This document shows positions 45,046 through 54,612 of a stretch of DNA of 64,000 nucleotides, in pieces (position 1 is the stretch's first letter; each line of letters starts with the position of its first letter). The notes beneath the pieces were generated by a model. That model searched no databases, was not told where the DNA came from, and saw only the letters and a program-made list of their open reading frames with translations. The stretch lies in the sequence record NC_061447.1, one strand, 5' to 3'. Position numbers and translations under genes: made by a program.

Positions 45046-45360
45046 ATGGCAAAGAAAACTTATCTGCTACCTCGTGAGCGCCCAAGCCCGTTGCCTAATC
45101 TACGAGCCTATCTCGCGTTTCTCGCCCGGAAGCCTAATGCTAATCGCGCAGTATTAGAATCGTATTGCAAAGCAAGTGTGGCACAAATGGCGCGCGGCCG
45201 TTTCTTTGTAGGTAAGCTCTTTGGCTACAAGGTGTATACGAAATCGAACAAGCTCGCATACACGGTTGTCTGGATTGACCCATACAACTACGATTGTCTT
45301 GTTCTAAACCATCAAAGGAGAGAAGTAGAGTTTAAAAACCTTTATGGCCTGCTTTTATAG
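45046..45360 (+). CDS. basic hypothetical protein
   Basis: ORF after hairpin 45004-45024. Confidence 0.6.
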   Translation: MAKKTYLLPRERPSPLPNLRAYLAFLARKPNANRAVLESYCKASVAQMARGRFFVGKLFGYKVYTKSNKLAYTVVWIDPYNYDCLVLNHQRREVEFKNLYGLLL

Positions 45361-45397
45361 TTGGGTCCTAGCGCCTTCACACTAGGGGAATCTTCCG

Positions 45398-46078
45398 ATG
45401 ATAACTGTTCTTAACAATCGTACCGACGAGGTAATTAACCGCCTGAACGTAGCAGTATGGATTTGCGTAGCGTTTGCATCGGCAATCTTTGCCGCATTGC
45501 TCTTAACGCCAGCATCTGCCAGTATGTCTACAGGCCCTGACAACGCCATTGATATTTCATCTTCCGTGTCACTCGATCCCTCCAATCGCGTGGCAACCAA
45601 ATACAAGGAGATAGAAAAGGCAGTAGCTGCAAAAGAGGAACGAAGGCCAAAACGCTATGTAACACGCGAGCGCCTCCGACAACTCTATGCTCACTTGCCT
45701 CATCCTTCTGACTTAGGCAAGCAGATTGATTTGGCCGCAGAGAAGTACAACGTAGATGCAAAACTGCTTCTATCGATCTGCGTCTCCGAGTCGCATCTTC
45801 GTGCAAAGGTCAGAAATAAATCCGGCGCTACGGGCCTGTGTCAAATCATGCCTAACATGCACGGACGTACTGTTAAGGAACTGCAAGATTATCGCATCAA
45901 CGTTGATCAGGCAGCCCAGATTGTTGCGTTACTAAACAAGCAGTGTAAAGGACGACGCGCCTGCGTTATCCAAAGTTACAACACTGGTTGGGGAGCATAT
46001 TTGAAGGGGGTACGTGCCCCGCAATATTTAGCGAAAGTTCAGACTGAGTATCGCCGCAAGCATACTCCATCTTCATAA
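45398..46078 (+). CDS. lytic transglycosylase (SLT domain) with N-terminal TM/signal segment
   Basis: AAEKYNVD..LL.SIC.SES, SGATGLCQIMP, YRINVDQAAQ, YNTG. Confidence 0.88.
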   Translation: MITVLNNRTDEVINRLNVAVWICVAFASAIFAALLLTPASASMSTGPDNAIDISSSVSLDPSNRVATKYKEIEKAVAAKEERRPKRYVTRERLRQLYAHLPHPSDLGKQIDLAAEKYNVDAKLLLSICVSESHLRAKVRNKSGATGLCQIMPNMHGRTVKELQDYRINVDQAAQIVALLNKQCKGRRACVIQSYNTGWGAYLKGVRAPQYLAKVQTEYRRKHTPSS

Positions 46079-46092
46079 TAGAGGACATAATA

Positions 46093-46779
46093 ATGAACAT
46101 CAATATCACCACGCTGTACAAAATGCAATTCCAGTTACTGAAACCTCTGTCACCTCGTCAGGAGTATGCGCTTGTTGTGCTGCTCTGTGACAACGTGCAA
46201 GATGGGGATGTGGCTGCACTGGCTCAAGTAATCGTTCGTGACTATCCGCACGTTGCGCGTCTGTATGATGCGTTCGCTGCCGCCAACCAGTATGAGAATG
46301 CCGTGCCGTTCATCGTACCTGTGTTGAACTCGGATGAAGTCACCGAAGAGATCTTCTGCATTCGTAATCACGCTCTGGTTGTTGCACCTGACCTGCGCGA
46401 TTCTCTGTATCAGGCTCTGACTCGCGTTGTAATGATGCGTGAAACTCCTGATGAATTGCTGATGCGTGAAGGCGCTGAATTGATTCTGGTCCATGACGCT
46501 CTGCCGTTCTTGCTTGGCCAGTTCGTTGACAGTATGCTCGACGCGTACAACTGTGGTGTGCTGCCTGTGGTTATTCGTCCTACGAAAGACCAGCAGGCTA
46601 TGCGTGATGATCGCCTGTTGTCGTTTGAGATGTTGCGCGACAACAATATGTTCTCTGGAAGTCTGGACTTCACTAAAGCTCTACAGCCGAGCGAGAAAGC
46701 GAAAGCAATTGCTGCCCAGCTTATCTCTCGTCTGCGTGGTGTCAAGTCGGCACACGGCTTCGATGCAGTAACACAATAA
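46093..46779 (+). CDS. hypothetical protein
   Basis: GAGGA RBS. Confidence 0.78.
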   Translation: MNINITTLYKMQFQLLKPLSPRQEYALVVLLCDNVQDGDVAALAQVIVRDYPHVARLYDAFAAANQYENAVPFIVPVLNSDEVTEEIFCIRNHALVVAPDLRDSLYQALTRVVMMRETPDELLMREGAELILVHDALPFLLGQFVDSMLDAYNCGVLPVVIRPTKDQQAMRDDRLLSFEMLRDNNMFSGSLDFTKALQPSEKAKAIAAQLISRLRGVKSAHGFDAVTQ

Positions 46780-46784
46780 AACAC

Positions 46785-46815
46785 AACGGGAGACCTTAAC
46801 TGGTTTCCCGTTTTT
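46785..46815 (+). terminator. intrinsic terminator
   Basis: AACGGGAGACC...GGTTTCCCGTTTTT. Confidence 0.8.
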
Positions 46816-46846
46816 CATTTCTGCGCAAATTTTTGAGACTACGACG

Positions 46847-47815
46847 ATGACTAATCAATTCCAACAAATCCCTGCAGGTAAAACCCTTCTGCCATTCTAT
46901 TCTTCTGTTGCACTTAACGTCTACTTCAACGAGCGTATCAAACGTCTTGGCCTGACTAAGGTGTGGGAATACGTAGAGCGCAACAACTGTCCTGCGTTCG
47001 GCGACGATCAGATAATGGAAGCTCTGCACTATCATTCGACCGTACACATGAAGCACGTAACGGCTCTTGCGCTTTGGTTGCTTGACTGCGAAGCTATTCA
47101 CGATTGGCAATACAGAAACGGCGCAGTCCCATTAGCTATTGCCTGTATGTTCCACGACATGAATCATACTCTCGGTCAGAAAGACGATGCGTACAATGTC
47201 CAGCAAGCTGTTGCCGCATTGGAGAAAGCTGCTCACCATGAACTGGCCGACGCTGTGCTGATCGATAACTGCGATATTGCGGCCGACCTGATTCGTGTTA
47301 CGCAATTCCCCTACTCGGAAGACCGCGTGCCGAAGAATATGATTGAGCGTTGTATTCGTGACGCGGATATTCTCTACGGCATGCAGCCGTTTGTTATCGA
47401 CCACGTTATGTTTGGTTTACGTGAAGAAGTGAATAGCAATCCTGATATGCCTTATACCTTCACACAGAAAGAGTGGGCTGCTGGTCGTGTTGACTTCCTG
47501 CGTAGCGTTGAGATGTTTACGCAGACCGGCAAAGACGCTATGGACTGGTTGCTTGATGCAGAAAACGATCACAACCATCAGGCGAAGATTGAAAGCTGGA
47601 TGACAGACAACATTGATTTTATTGTTACCAGTGCTCGCCGCGTCAAAGCGAACGATGTTCTGTTTATCGACACACCAGAAGATACGTTGAAAGCTCGTCG
47701 CTTGATTGAGCGTGTTGCTGACATGGGTGTGGGTTTCAACGTCTATTTCAATGACGGCACTTCGGTTCATCTGCGTAATGGCGAGAGTTGTGTGGTCTGC
47801 GAAAGACGCAAATAA
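46847..47815 (+). CDS. HD-superfamily metal-dependent phosphohydrolase
   Basis: YHSTVH, ACMFHDMNH, IRDADIL. Confidence 0.85.
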   Translation: MTNQFQQIPAGKTLLPFYSSVALNVYFNERIKRLGLTKVWEYVERNNCPAFGDDQIMEALHYHSTVHMKHVTALALWLLDCEAIHDWQYRNGAVPLAIACMFHDMNHTLGQKDDAYNVQQAVAALEKAAHHELADAVLIDNCDIAADLIRVTQFPYSEDRVPKNMIERCIRDADILYGMQPFVIDHVMFGLREEVNSNPDMPYTFTQKEWAAGRVDFLRSVEMFTQTGKDAMDWLLDAENDHNHQAKIESWMTDNIDFIVTSARRVKANDVLFIDTPEDTLKARRLIERVADMGVGFNVYFNDGTSVHLRNGESCVVCERRK

Positions 47816-47860
47816 TAGGATGAAATAGGCGGTATACGAACCACGTGCCTGTGATATAAT
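47808..47860 (+). promoter_or_regulatory. box promoter P7
   Basis: GCAAATAA-TAGGATGAAA-29 bp-(TGA)TATAAT. Confidence 0.85.
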
Positions 47861-47892
47861 ACGCATAGACACACATAATAGAGAGAACTCGA

Positions 47893-48597
47893 ATGAAATA
47901 CTTGAAGCGCATTCATCCAAACGTAGACGCCAGCTTATTTGCGGTTAATGGAATCGTAATGCCGATGGCCTTCTTCTACATGGACGTCACCGTTCACGAT
48001 CAGGAACGCGGCGACAAAGAAATAAAAATCGGTGTGCGTATGAATCCTAACGTTTCTCGTGAATCTTATTTGCCTGGCGTGGATTACAGAACGTTTATTC
48101 CAGTGTTAGCCTGCGACCCGTCCTCCGACGAAGGGTTCCACACCGAGCTGGGATTCATCGACATTAACAGTCGCTATGTTGACATGCACCACCAGAAGCG
48201 AACGTATATTGCTTATCTTGGTTCGTTGCCTGATGTTGCTGAGTCCGATGTACGCGACAAACGTTATGTATGTCCAGTAGACATACGCCAAGTACCGCCA
48301 CATCCTGACATGCCTCAACGTTTCCGCAACGTGCCACGCTACGGAGCAACGATACGCACTGACTATCTGCGCACTTCTGTGCTCGACCAGATAGATGATG
48401 AAACGTGGGAAGCGCTGCGCACCATCGACCACGCTAAAGGCACCACGTGGTCGCAGTTCTTAGATGCCGCAACGTCAGGGCGCTTCACTCCGCACGATGA
48501 TCTGTCAGACTGCTTGGAGAGTCTGGAAGAAGAATACATGCCCGAACATATCTTCAAGCGTATTCGTATTTCTCAATTCGAGAAAAGAAGGGGCTAA
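47893..48597 (+). CDS. hypothetical protein
   Basis: First gene after P7. Confidence 0.78.
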   Translation: MKYLKRIHPNVDASLFAVNGIVMPMAFFYMDVTVHDQERGDKEIKIGVRMNPNVSRESYLPGVDYRTFIPVLACDPSSDEGFHTELGFIDINSRYVDMHHQKRTYIAYLGSLPDVAESDVRDKRYVCPVDIRQVPPHPDMPQRFRNVPRYGATIRTDYLRTSVLDQIDDETWEALRTIDHAKGTTWSQFLDAATSGRFTPHDDLSDCLESLEEEYMPEHIFKRIRISQFEKRRG

Positions 48598-48599
48598 TC

Positions 48600-48830
48600 A
48601 TGATGCACGATATATACAAGGTAAGTGCTGTCTTGTTCTACCTGCTTGGCGCTATGGCTTTCCTTGCACATATCGTTGGCTTCGTGAAGAACTGGATGAA
48701 GATAAAAGAGATGCGGCAGAAAGCACAGGCGAAGATCGCCAAAGTGAAAACGCCGCATGAACTGATTAAACGCCGTTTGCGAAAAGCAGAAGAACGCGCA
48801 CGGCACCGCCCACGTAAACTGAGAGATTGA
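48600..48830 (+). CDS. small membrane protein with basic tail
   Basis: One TM then K/R-rich segment. Confidence 0.7.
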   Translation: MMHDIYKVSAVLFYLLGAMAFLAHIVGFVKNWMKIKEMRQKAQAKIAKVKTPHELIKRRLRKAEERARHRPRKLRD

Positions 48831-49141
48831 TTATGGCTGAGATAACTATCGAACCCAAATTGACAAACAAAGTACGCAAGGCTCTTGAGACTTGCTGGGA
48901 TGAAACAACCAATAGAAACGAAGGCCCGATAGCATTCTCGTTTCTCGCCTCATCTTTTGCCAAAGATGGTAAGCGCCTGTTCGAAGGTGAGTTGCGCCTG
49001 ATCAATGCGATTCTGCGCGAAGCCATAAACATCAACCTGTATGGCTGGTACGTAGCAACTGTCCATAACAGTAAAAAGGGTGACATGCTGATATTCCAGC
49101 CTGTTGCTGACCTCGAAGATATCGTTGAACTGGAGCTGTGA
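48827..49141 (+). CDS. hypothetical protein (paralog of next gene)
   Basis: Shared C-terminal YG.w.......lvF.PV..l..vVEL. Confidence 0.7.
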   Translation: MIMAEITIEPKLTNKVRKALETCWDETTNRNEGPIAFSFLASSFAKDGKRLFEGELRLINAILREAININLYGWYVATVHNSKKGDMLIFQPVADLEDIVELEL

Positions 49142-49142
49142 C

Positions 49143-49451
49143 ATGAAAGAAAAATCAAAAGTTAATCTGCACCATATCCAAACAGTAACGCTGCGTACTC
49201 TGGATGATATTCTGCAACGTAAGAGCGAACACGATCTGCCTAATACGTCGTTCTCTGTTAAACAGTCTCACCTATTTCCTGATACGGAGATGACGATTAA
49301 ACACGCGAGCGATATGGCGATCTTTCTTTCATCGCCTTCCGTATGTGAGAAGTACGGTCGATGGGCAATAGCGCCTGAGCGAAATGCAAACAACGAACTT
49401 GTTGTTGTGTTTGTTCCCGTTCCTGCCATTTCAAATGTCGTGGAGCTGTAG
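49143..49451 (+). CDS. hypothetical protein (paralog of previous gene)
   Basis: GGAG RBS. Confidence 0.7.
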   Translation: MKEKSKVNLHHIQTVTLRTLDDILQRKSEHDLPNTSFSVKQSHLFPDTEMTIKHASDMAIFLSSPSVCEKYGRWAIAPERNANNELVVVFVPVPAISNVVEL

Positions 49452-49452
49452 C

Positions 49453-50028
49453 ATGGAACAGATTGATATGTTTGATACGCAGGGTGCTCATGAAATCTCC
49501 GAGTACACTGAACTTGATTCAGATCGTTTGCATCCGTCTGTGGTTACGCGCAATGACCGTCGCGTGATTGCTGCGTTCGGCCAGCCTGTACTTAGTGACG
49601 AATATCTTGCTAAGTACCCAAGTATGCGTCCTGGTAAATTGAAGTTTCGCAAGAAGCTGGTTGTGATTCATGAGTTCGTGCTCGTCACGCATGATAAACT
49701 GAAAGCCAGTTTGTTGAAAAATCAGGGCGACGTGCGCCGTATGAGCAACGCCGACCCGCAGTACCTGATCAATGTGTACAACCACACAGAGAAGGTAGCG
49801 TTGTTCATGCGTGACTTTGAAGACTTCATGAGCCACTTCATGAATGCCCTTCATTTGTTTACTGTGGCAACTGTGTATGATGGCCGACTGCTGGTATTTG
49901 CAGAGAACGGCGATCCGCTTGTTACCTCAGAAGAAACGTTGGCGATGCTCACCGAGATTGAGCACTTCATCAACAAGAGCAAAGTGTATCGCGTACACTC
50001 ACAACACGCTATCTACCGTACAATCTAA
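49453..50028 (+). CDS. hypothetical protein
   Basis: GGAG RBS. Confidence 0.75.
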   Translation: MEQIDMFDTQGAHEISEYTELDSDRLHPSVVTRNDRRVIAAFGQPVLSDEYLAKYPSMRPGKLKFRKKLVVIHEFVLVTHDKLKASLLKNQGDVRRMSNADPQYLINVYNHTEKVALFMRDFEDFMSHFMNALHLFTVATVYDGRLLVFAENGDPLVTSEETLAMLTEIEHFINKSKVYRVHSQHAIYRTI

Positions 50029-50064
50029 CCTGAGCGCTTACGGGCGCTCTACTGGAGAAACATT

Positions 50065-51600
50065 ATGTCATTCGATCTTCGTCAAAACTTACTGCTTGTT
50101 CGTGACGCTGCCCTGACAGGCAAGCCGCTGTTTTATTTCTACAACGCCATGGGACGTGAGATGGTTCTTACTGGCGATGTGCTGCGTGAAATCATTGAGC
50201 GCCAGAAAGAAGGTACGCTCTGCACTAACACTTACTGGGGTTTCGCTACTGACCCTACGCTGGAAGTTTGGTCGTTCGACGATAACAATGACCTAATGCT
50301 TCACCATCACGTAGGTAGGTCCTGCAAAACGTTCCTGCCGTATGAGATGCTTGAGAGTGCGCACGAAGGCTTCAAGCCAATCAATGGTCTGTTCATTGAA
50401 GACAGTCTGCGCCGCATAATCAAGATTCATCTCAAGGCAACCTGTCGTGAAGAACAAAAGATCACTTGGTTCGCTGATCTGCCAGAGCCTGAAATGCGTA
50501 GCATGTTACTGTCGTTTGGTGTAGGCCCAATGCGCGTGTCGCGTGAAGATAAAGAAGGTCTGATCAAACTACATGATCGCTGGCTCGAAGACTTCGACGA
50601 TAAATACAAGTACACGCATAACGCAATCGGCTTGGACGACAACGAAAAAATTCCTGCTGACTATCGCCCTGACCGCATTCGTGATCTTACGAAGCGTATG
50701 ATGGCTAACGGTAAGACGCAGGATATGATGGACCAAACTCTGAATGACTTGTTGCGTCAGTGCCGTATTCGCGGCGATATCCCGCATCCTGGTCGTAACT
50801 TCAATCGTTATCAATTGACTTGCTACTATGCAACGCATTTGATCTTTGCGCACGACGCGAAAGATAAAATGGCTGAACTGATTGATAATCCGCAATTCGT
50901 GGTCAACTTTATTTATGGTTGGTACCCGGACTATACGTGGATTACGATCAACGAAGAAACGTTTGAGTACCAGCAATCGTTGGTACGTGCCGCGCTGATT
51001 AGCTTGCAGCGTCATGTACAAAATGAAGTTGGCGTATACAAGATCGATCGTGGCATGGTTACGTGTGCAGATAACTTCGACCCACATGCAGACGAAGAAT
51101 CAGAAGATGGTGATGTTGATCTGGATAAACTGGACAGAGAAGGTCTGTTAGATCTGGTCATCCAGTATAAGCTGGCCTCAGCCAAGAAAGCCGCATCACT
51201 TGATATCTCTGAGTTACGTGAGCTTTGTGAAGATCATTTCGGGTATGATGAAGTTGAGGAGGACGAGCCGGAACAGGAGCGTGAGCCTCGTAAATTCCCA
51301 GCAGTCAGTGATGACCGCAATATCAGCTACGAAACGATTCGTAAGACTCTGATGAAAGCTAAAGTTCCTCGCGCTACATATGCTGGGGACCTGTACTCAA
51401 ACAAGAAAACCGTCGTGCGTGATGTGCGTAAAAGCATAATAAGTGCTCTGACAAATGCAGTCGAAGCTGGTCTGCTGGATAAACTGCCTCAAATTTCATT
51501 GGAGGCTATCGCTTACGCTCTGACAAAAATGAAAGATGGTGATCGCTATCCTCGTGATGCAGAATACCTGAAAGAACTAATTAAACACGCACTGCGTTAA
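50065..51600 (+). CDS. hypothetical multidomain protein with acidic HeH-like segment
   Basis: GGAG RBS; LDKLDREGLLDLV...LDISELRELC. Confidence 0.8.
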   Translation: MSFDLRQNLLLVRDAALTGKPLFYFYNAMGREMVLTGDVLREIIERQKEGTLCTNTYWGFATDPTLEVWSFDDNNDLMLHHHVGRSCKTFLPYEMLESAHEGFKPINGLFIEDSLRRIIKIHLKATCREEQKITWFADLPEPEMRSMLLSFGVGPMRVSREDKEGLIKLHDRWLEDFDDKYKYTHNAIGLDDNEKIPADYRPDRIRDLTKRMMANGKTQDMMDQTLNDLLRQCRIRGDIPHPGRNFNRYQLTCYYATHLIFAHDAKDKMAELIDNPQFVVNFIYGWYPDYTWITINEETFEYQQSLVRAALISLQRHVQNEVGVYKIDRGMVTCADNFDPHADEESEDGDVDLDKLDREGLLDLVIQYKLASAKKAASLDISELRELCEDHFGYDEVEEDEPEQEREPRKFPAVSDDRNISYETIRKTLMKAKVPRATYAGDLYSNKKTVVRDVRKSIISALTNAVEAGLLDKLPQISLEAIAYALTKMKDGDRYPRDAEYLKELIKHALR

Positions 51601-51635
51601 TTGTCCAACCATACCTAACATTGTAGGGAACAAAA

Positions 51636-52070
51636 ATGAAATTCGAACAAAACATTCTGGTAGTAAATCGTATTCAACTGGCTATGAACGACGAGCTGGT
51701 CAAGAAGCTGACTGATGCTGCGCGTGATGATCGTGGCGCATCGGCTATGTCACTGGCTTATGCGACCGCAATCGTTATGGCTAAACTTCAACATAAGATT
51801 ACCTTCGCTTTGGCTGAGGAGAATCCTGAGGCCTGTGTTCGTGCTGAACTACTCTGGACTGATCATGGCTCAGTCACCACAAGTGCGCTATTCCTCATAG
51901 CGTCCGCAGCCGACGAAGAAGTATTAAACCACGTCGAAGACCACGACTACCTGAACCATCTGCACACAATCAAACGTGTAGCAGAGGAGAACGGATTTAA
52001 CCTCCATGTCTTCCCCGTGGCTGCTAACTTCCCGTTCAAGCGTACTGAAATCCCGGCTAATATGCAGTGA
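51636..52070 (+). CDS. hypothetical protein
   Basis: AGGGA RBS. Confidence 0.75.
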   Translation: MKFEQNILVVNRIQLAMNDELVKKLTDAARDDRGASAMSLAYATAIVMAKLQHKITFALAEENPEACVRAELLWTDHGSVTTSALFLIASAADEEVLNHVEDHDYLNHLHTIKRVAEENGFNLHVFPVAANFPFKRTEIPANMQ

Positions 52071-52078
52071 GGTGATCT

Positions 52079-52378
52079 ATGACTGATAAACTGACATTGG
52101 TACCGAATGTCGCTATCGTCCTGAAGATGAACGAACGCCGCGCATTCTTAGGGCCGAAAGAAGATGGGTTTGTCTATCTGGCAAGCAAGGAAGCACTCGA
52201 TAAATTCGAGGCGCATATCCTGCGCTACCGCAGCCGCGAAGAATACTCTGAGATAGAGGAACGTGAATTACGCGCTCTGACAGACGAGGGTGTTCTGGCT
52301 CTGAGTCATGAAGTCAAAACAGACCCAGACAGACCGTGGCTGTGGACAAAGACAGACTTCCGCAAGAAGCTCTGGTAA
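52079..52378 (+). CDS. hypothetical protein
   Basis: GAGGTG RBS. Confidence 0.75.
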   Translation: MTDKLTLVPNVAIVLKMNERRAFLGPKEDGFVYLASKEALDKFEAHILRYRSREEYSEIEERELRALTDEGVLALSHEVKTDPDRPWLWTKTDFRKKLW

Positions 52379-52431
52379 GCATAAAACTGGACAAAACAGC
52401 GGTAGTATCTGAAAGCGTCCTATGATACAAT
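52379..52431 (+). promoter_or_regulatory. box promoter P8
   Basis: GCATAAAA-CTGGACAAAA-29 bp-(TGA)TACAAT. Confidence 0.85.
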
Positions 52432-52484
52432 AGAAGCGTAGCTTGTGCTGCGCTTTTATAACATATGTCTGAGGAGACAACGAA

Positions 52485-52949
52485 ATGATGAACGAAACTC
52501 AAGCAACCCCATCTGATATCGAATTGCAGGACCGCATGATGGACGCCGCTGTCCAGAAAGTTATTGAACTGACCCCTGAGTGGATTGACGTGGCAGCCGC
52601 AGGCCTTCGCCTGTACCTGACCGTGTGTGACCAGCTTGGTGGTCCGATTCCTGAAATGCGTTTCGTACACAACAACCGTCCATGCAAACTCCAGTTCAAT
52701 TTGAACGAAGTTGCCGAAGGTTCTGAGTTTGTTGCGAACGATATCGATCATGCCAAGCAGATGGAAATCTGTGAGGCGATTCTCGCTACAGCCGAAGCGA
52801 ACGAAGATGGTCACTCGCTAATGGACCTTGCGATTTGTTCTGGCCGCCTGTTTATGATCGGCTACGATGGTCTTGCTGGCACGGTTAGCAAAGTTTGCTT
52901 CCGCTTCGCCAAAAAGAACTACGTCATGAATCTGGTTGAGGCTAAATAA
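52485..52949 (+). CDS. hypothetical protein
   Basis: GAGGAG RBS; first gene after P8. Confidence 0.8.
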   Translation: MMNETQATPSDIELQDRMMDAAVQKVIELTPEWIDVAAAGLRLYLTVCDQLGGPIPEMRFVHNNRPCKLQFNLNEVAEGSEFVANDIDHAKQMEICEAILATAEANEDGHSLMDLAICSGRLFMIGYDGLAGTVSKVCFRFAKKNYVMNLVEAK

Positions 52950-52950
52950 C

Positions 52951-53646
52951 ATGAAACTCTCACCGTTTATGTTGAAACGCAGTAAGCTGGCTCCTGAAGT
53001 ATTTGCACTCGTTCGTGAAAACGAAGTGCTCGCCTCATTCAGACCTAGAAAGTTTCTGGAAGCTCTCCAGGCAGTTGTTAAAGAGCACGGTCTGAAAGAA
53101 GTCGATGTTGTATGGCGTGACGGCTCCCGTACCGTAGAGCACTTAGTTGTCTCGCTCACCCGTGAGCTGGTATCAACTGATACTATCATGAACCGATACA
53201 ACATGTGCCTGATGCTTCGCTCGCAGGGTATTGCGGCCAGTCTTGCCGTACCTGTCGATATTCGCACGATGTATGATGAACACGGTCCGATGATCAGTGA
53301 GATTCACATTGACCCTGAAATCGCAGACAAGCTGGCTGTGGCCCTCGCACCAAAACATCCCCTGTATGCGGATGCTCATAACGGGTATGAGGAGGATGAT
53401 GACGCCATCGACGACGAGGACGACTTTAACGACGATGAATGTATCGACGATGAAGAAGACTTCGACATGGAAGATGCTAACCCTGAAATCGAGCGTATGA
53501 TGATTTGCAGTTGGGGATATCGCGCCGAAGACTGGGCAATCACTCTGAACGATGATCAGGTTCAGGAAGTACACAGCCTTGAGGTTGGTGTTGACCCTGA
53601 CATTGAACTGCCACTCGCACCTGATGCGAAGGACAAATACTTCTAA
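52951..53646 (+). CDS. hypothetical protein with acidic segment
   Basis: GAGG RBS. Confidence 0.75.
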   Translation: MKLSPFMLKRSKLAPEVFALVRENEVLASFRPRKFLEALQAVVKEHGLKEVDVVWRDGSRTVEHLVVSLTRELVSTDTIMNRYNMCLMLRSQGIAASLAVPVDIRTMYDEHGPMISEIHIDPEIADKLAVALAPKHPLYADAHNGYEEDDDAIDDEDDFNDDECIDDEEDFDMEDANPEIERMMICSWGYRAEDWAITLNDDQVQEVHSLEVGVDPDIELPLAPDAKDKYF

Positions 53647-53837
53647 TGAAAACCACTAACGAAATGATCAAAGAGTTGCGACAACGCGGCGAGCTTGTTA
53701 TTGAAGAACGCCAGAAAGACGCAGTGCCCGACTTAACGTTCACGCTTGATTGTCTGTGTCTCACATACAAGAAGCGGGAAGTGGAAACAACCAAGCGCGG
53801 CCGCGTTATCACAATCAAGTTGACGAACATGCACTAA
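53646..53837 (+). CDS. small hypothetical protein
   Basis: TAATG coupling. Confidence 0.6.
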   Translation: MKTTNEMIKELRQRGELVIEERQKDAVPDLTFTLDCLCLTYKKREVETTKRGRVITIKLTNMH

Positions 53838-53978
53838 CAATCAGTTTGGCTCGCCCGTCCAGAAATGCTCACCCCCAATGAGGCGCCCCATCGCAGAGGC
53901 GTGACGACGCGGGTCCTTTTTGAAGCGTACTGAGTAGTGCGCTGCATAAAGTACCTAAAACCAAACAGGAGGCTGTTA

Positions 53979-54392
53979 ATGAAGTTCAACGAAGCAAGTA
54001 AAGATGCACAGGTCATTCTCATGGGTGGTGCACTCGCTGGTGTGATTGAAGTCTTCGGACGCGACGAAGAAGACGAAGGCAAAAAGCTGATCGAAACGGC
54101 ATTAAGCCAGATAGGTCTGACGTTCGACGAGTTCTGTGTGCTGATGACAGATATGGCGCCTGAGGTAGAAGTTGAGGTCGAAGCGATTCTCGGTGAGCAT
54201 AAAGCTGTACGTGTTGCTGATGCAGACGATGACTTCGATGATGAAGACCTCGACACTGCGGAAGAACGACCAGGCAATCTCAACGATGACGGCCGTACCG
54301 ATGAAAACGGTTGGCAGAACCTCGACGAAGGTGAAGATGAAGTCTGCTTCTCCTGCCATAAAGAGCATTGCGAATGCAATCGTGTGGGGTAA
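53979..54392 (+). CDS. acidic hypothetical protein
   Basis: AGGAGG RBS; C-terminal CFSC..HCEC. Confidence 0.75.
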   Translation: MKFNEASKDAQVILMGGALAGVIEVFGRDEEDEGKKLIETALSQIGLTFDEFCVLMTDMAPEVEVEVEAILGEHKAVRVADADDDFDDEDLDTAEERPGNLNDDGRTDENGWQNLDEGEDEVCFSCHKEHCECNRVG

Positions 54393-54396
54393 TCAA

Positions 54397-54612
54397 ATGA
54401 GCCGACGTCCTACACAAGATGAAGTGAGCGGCCAGATAGCTGCCGCCGAAGAACAACGCTATAATGAGCAAATCGCTCAGTACGACGACTGGACAGACGA
54501 CGAGCTGGCCGACGCTGTAGAAGCTAACGAGCTTGTGGACGAAGATGACGACGCAAGCAACTACAGCCGCGAAGCGCTGATTCGAATGCTTCTGGCAGAT
54601 CGTCGCTTCTAA
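54397..54612 (+). CDS. small acidic protein with HeH-like motif
   Basis: YDDWTDDELADAVEANEL...SREALIRML. Confidence 0.65.
   Translation: MSRRPTQDEVSGQIAAAEEQRYNEQIAQYDDWTDDELADAVEANELVDEDDDASNYSREALIRMLLADRRF

Noticed and set aside
44772-46078. Canonical holin-endolysin-spanin lysis cassette
   Set aside because: Small TM proteins are nearby but no spanin lipoprotein pair is recognisable, and the context is dUTPase/accessory genes.
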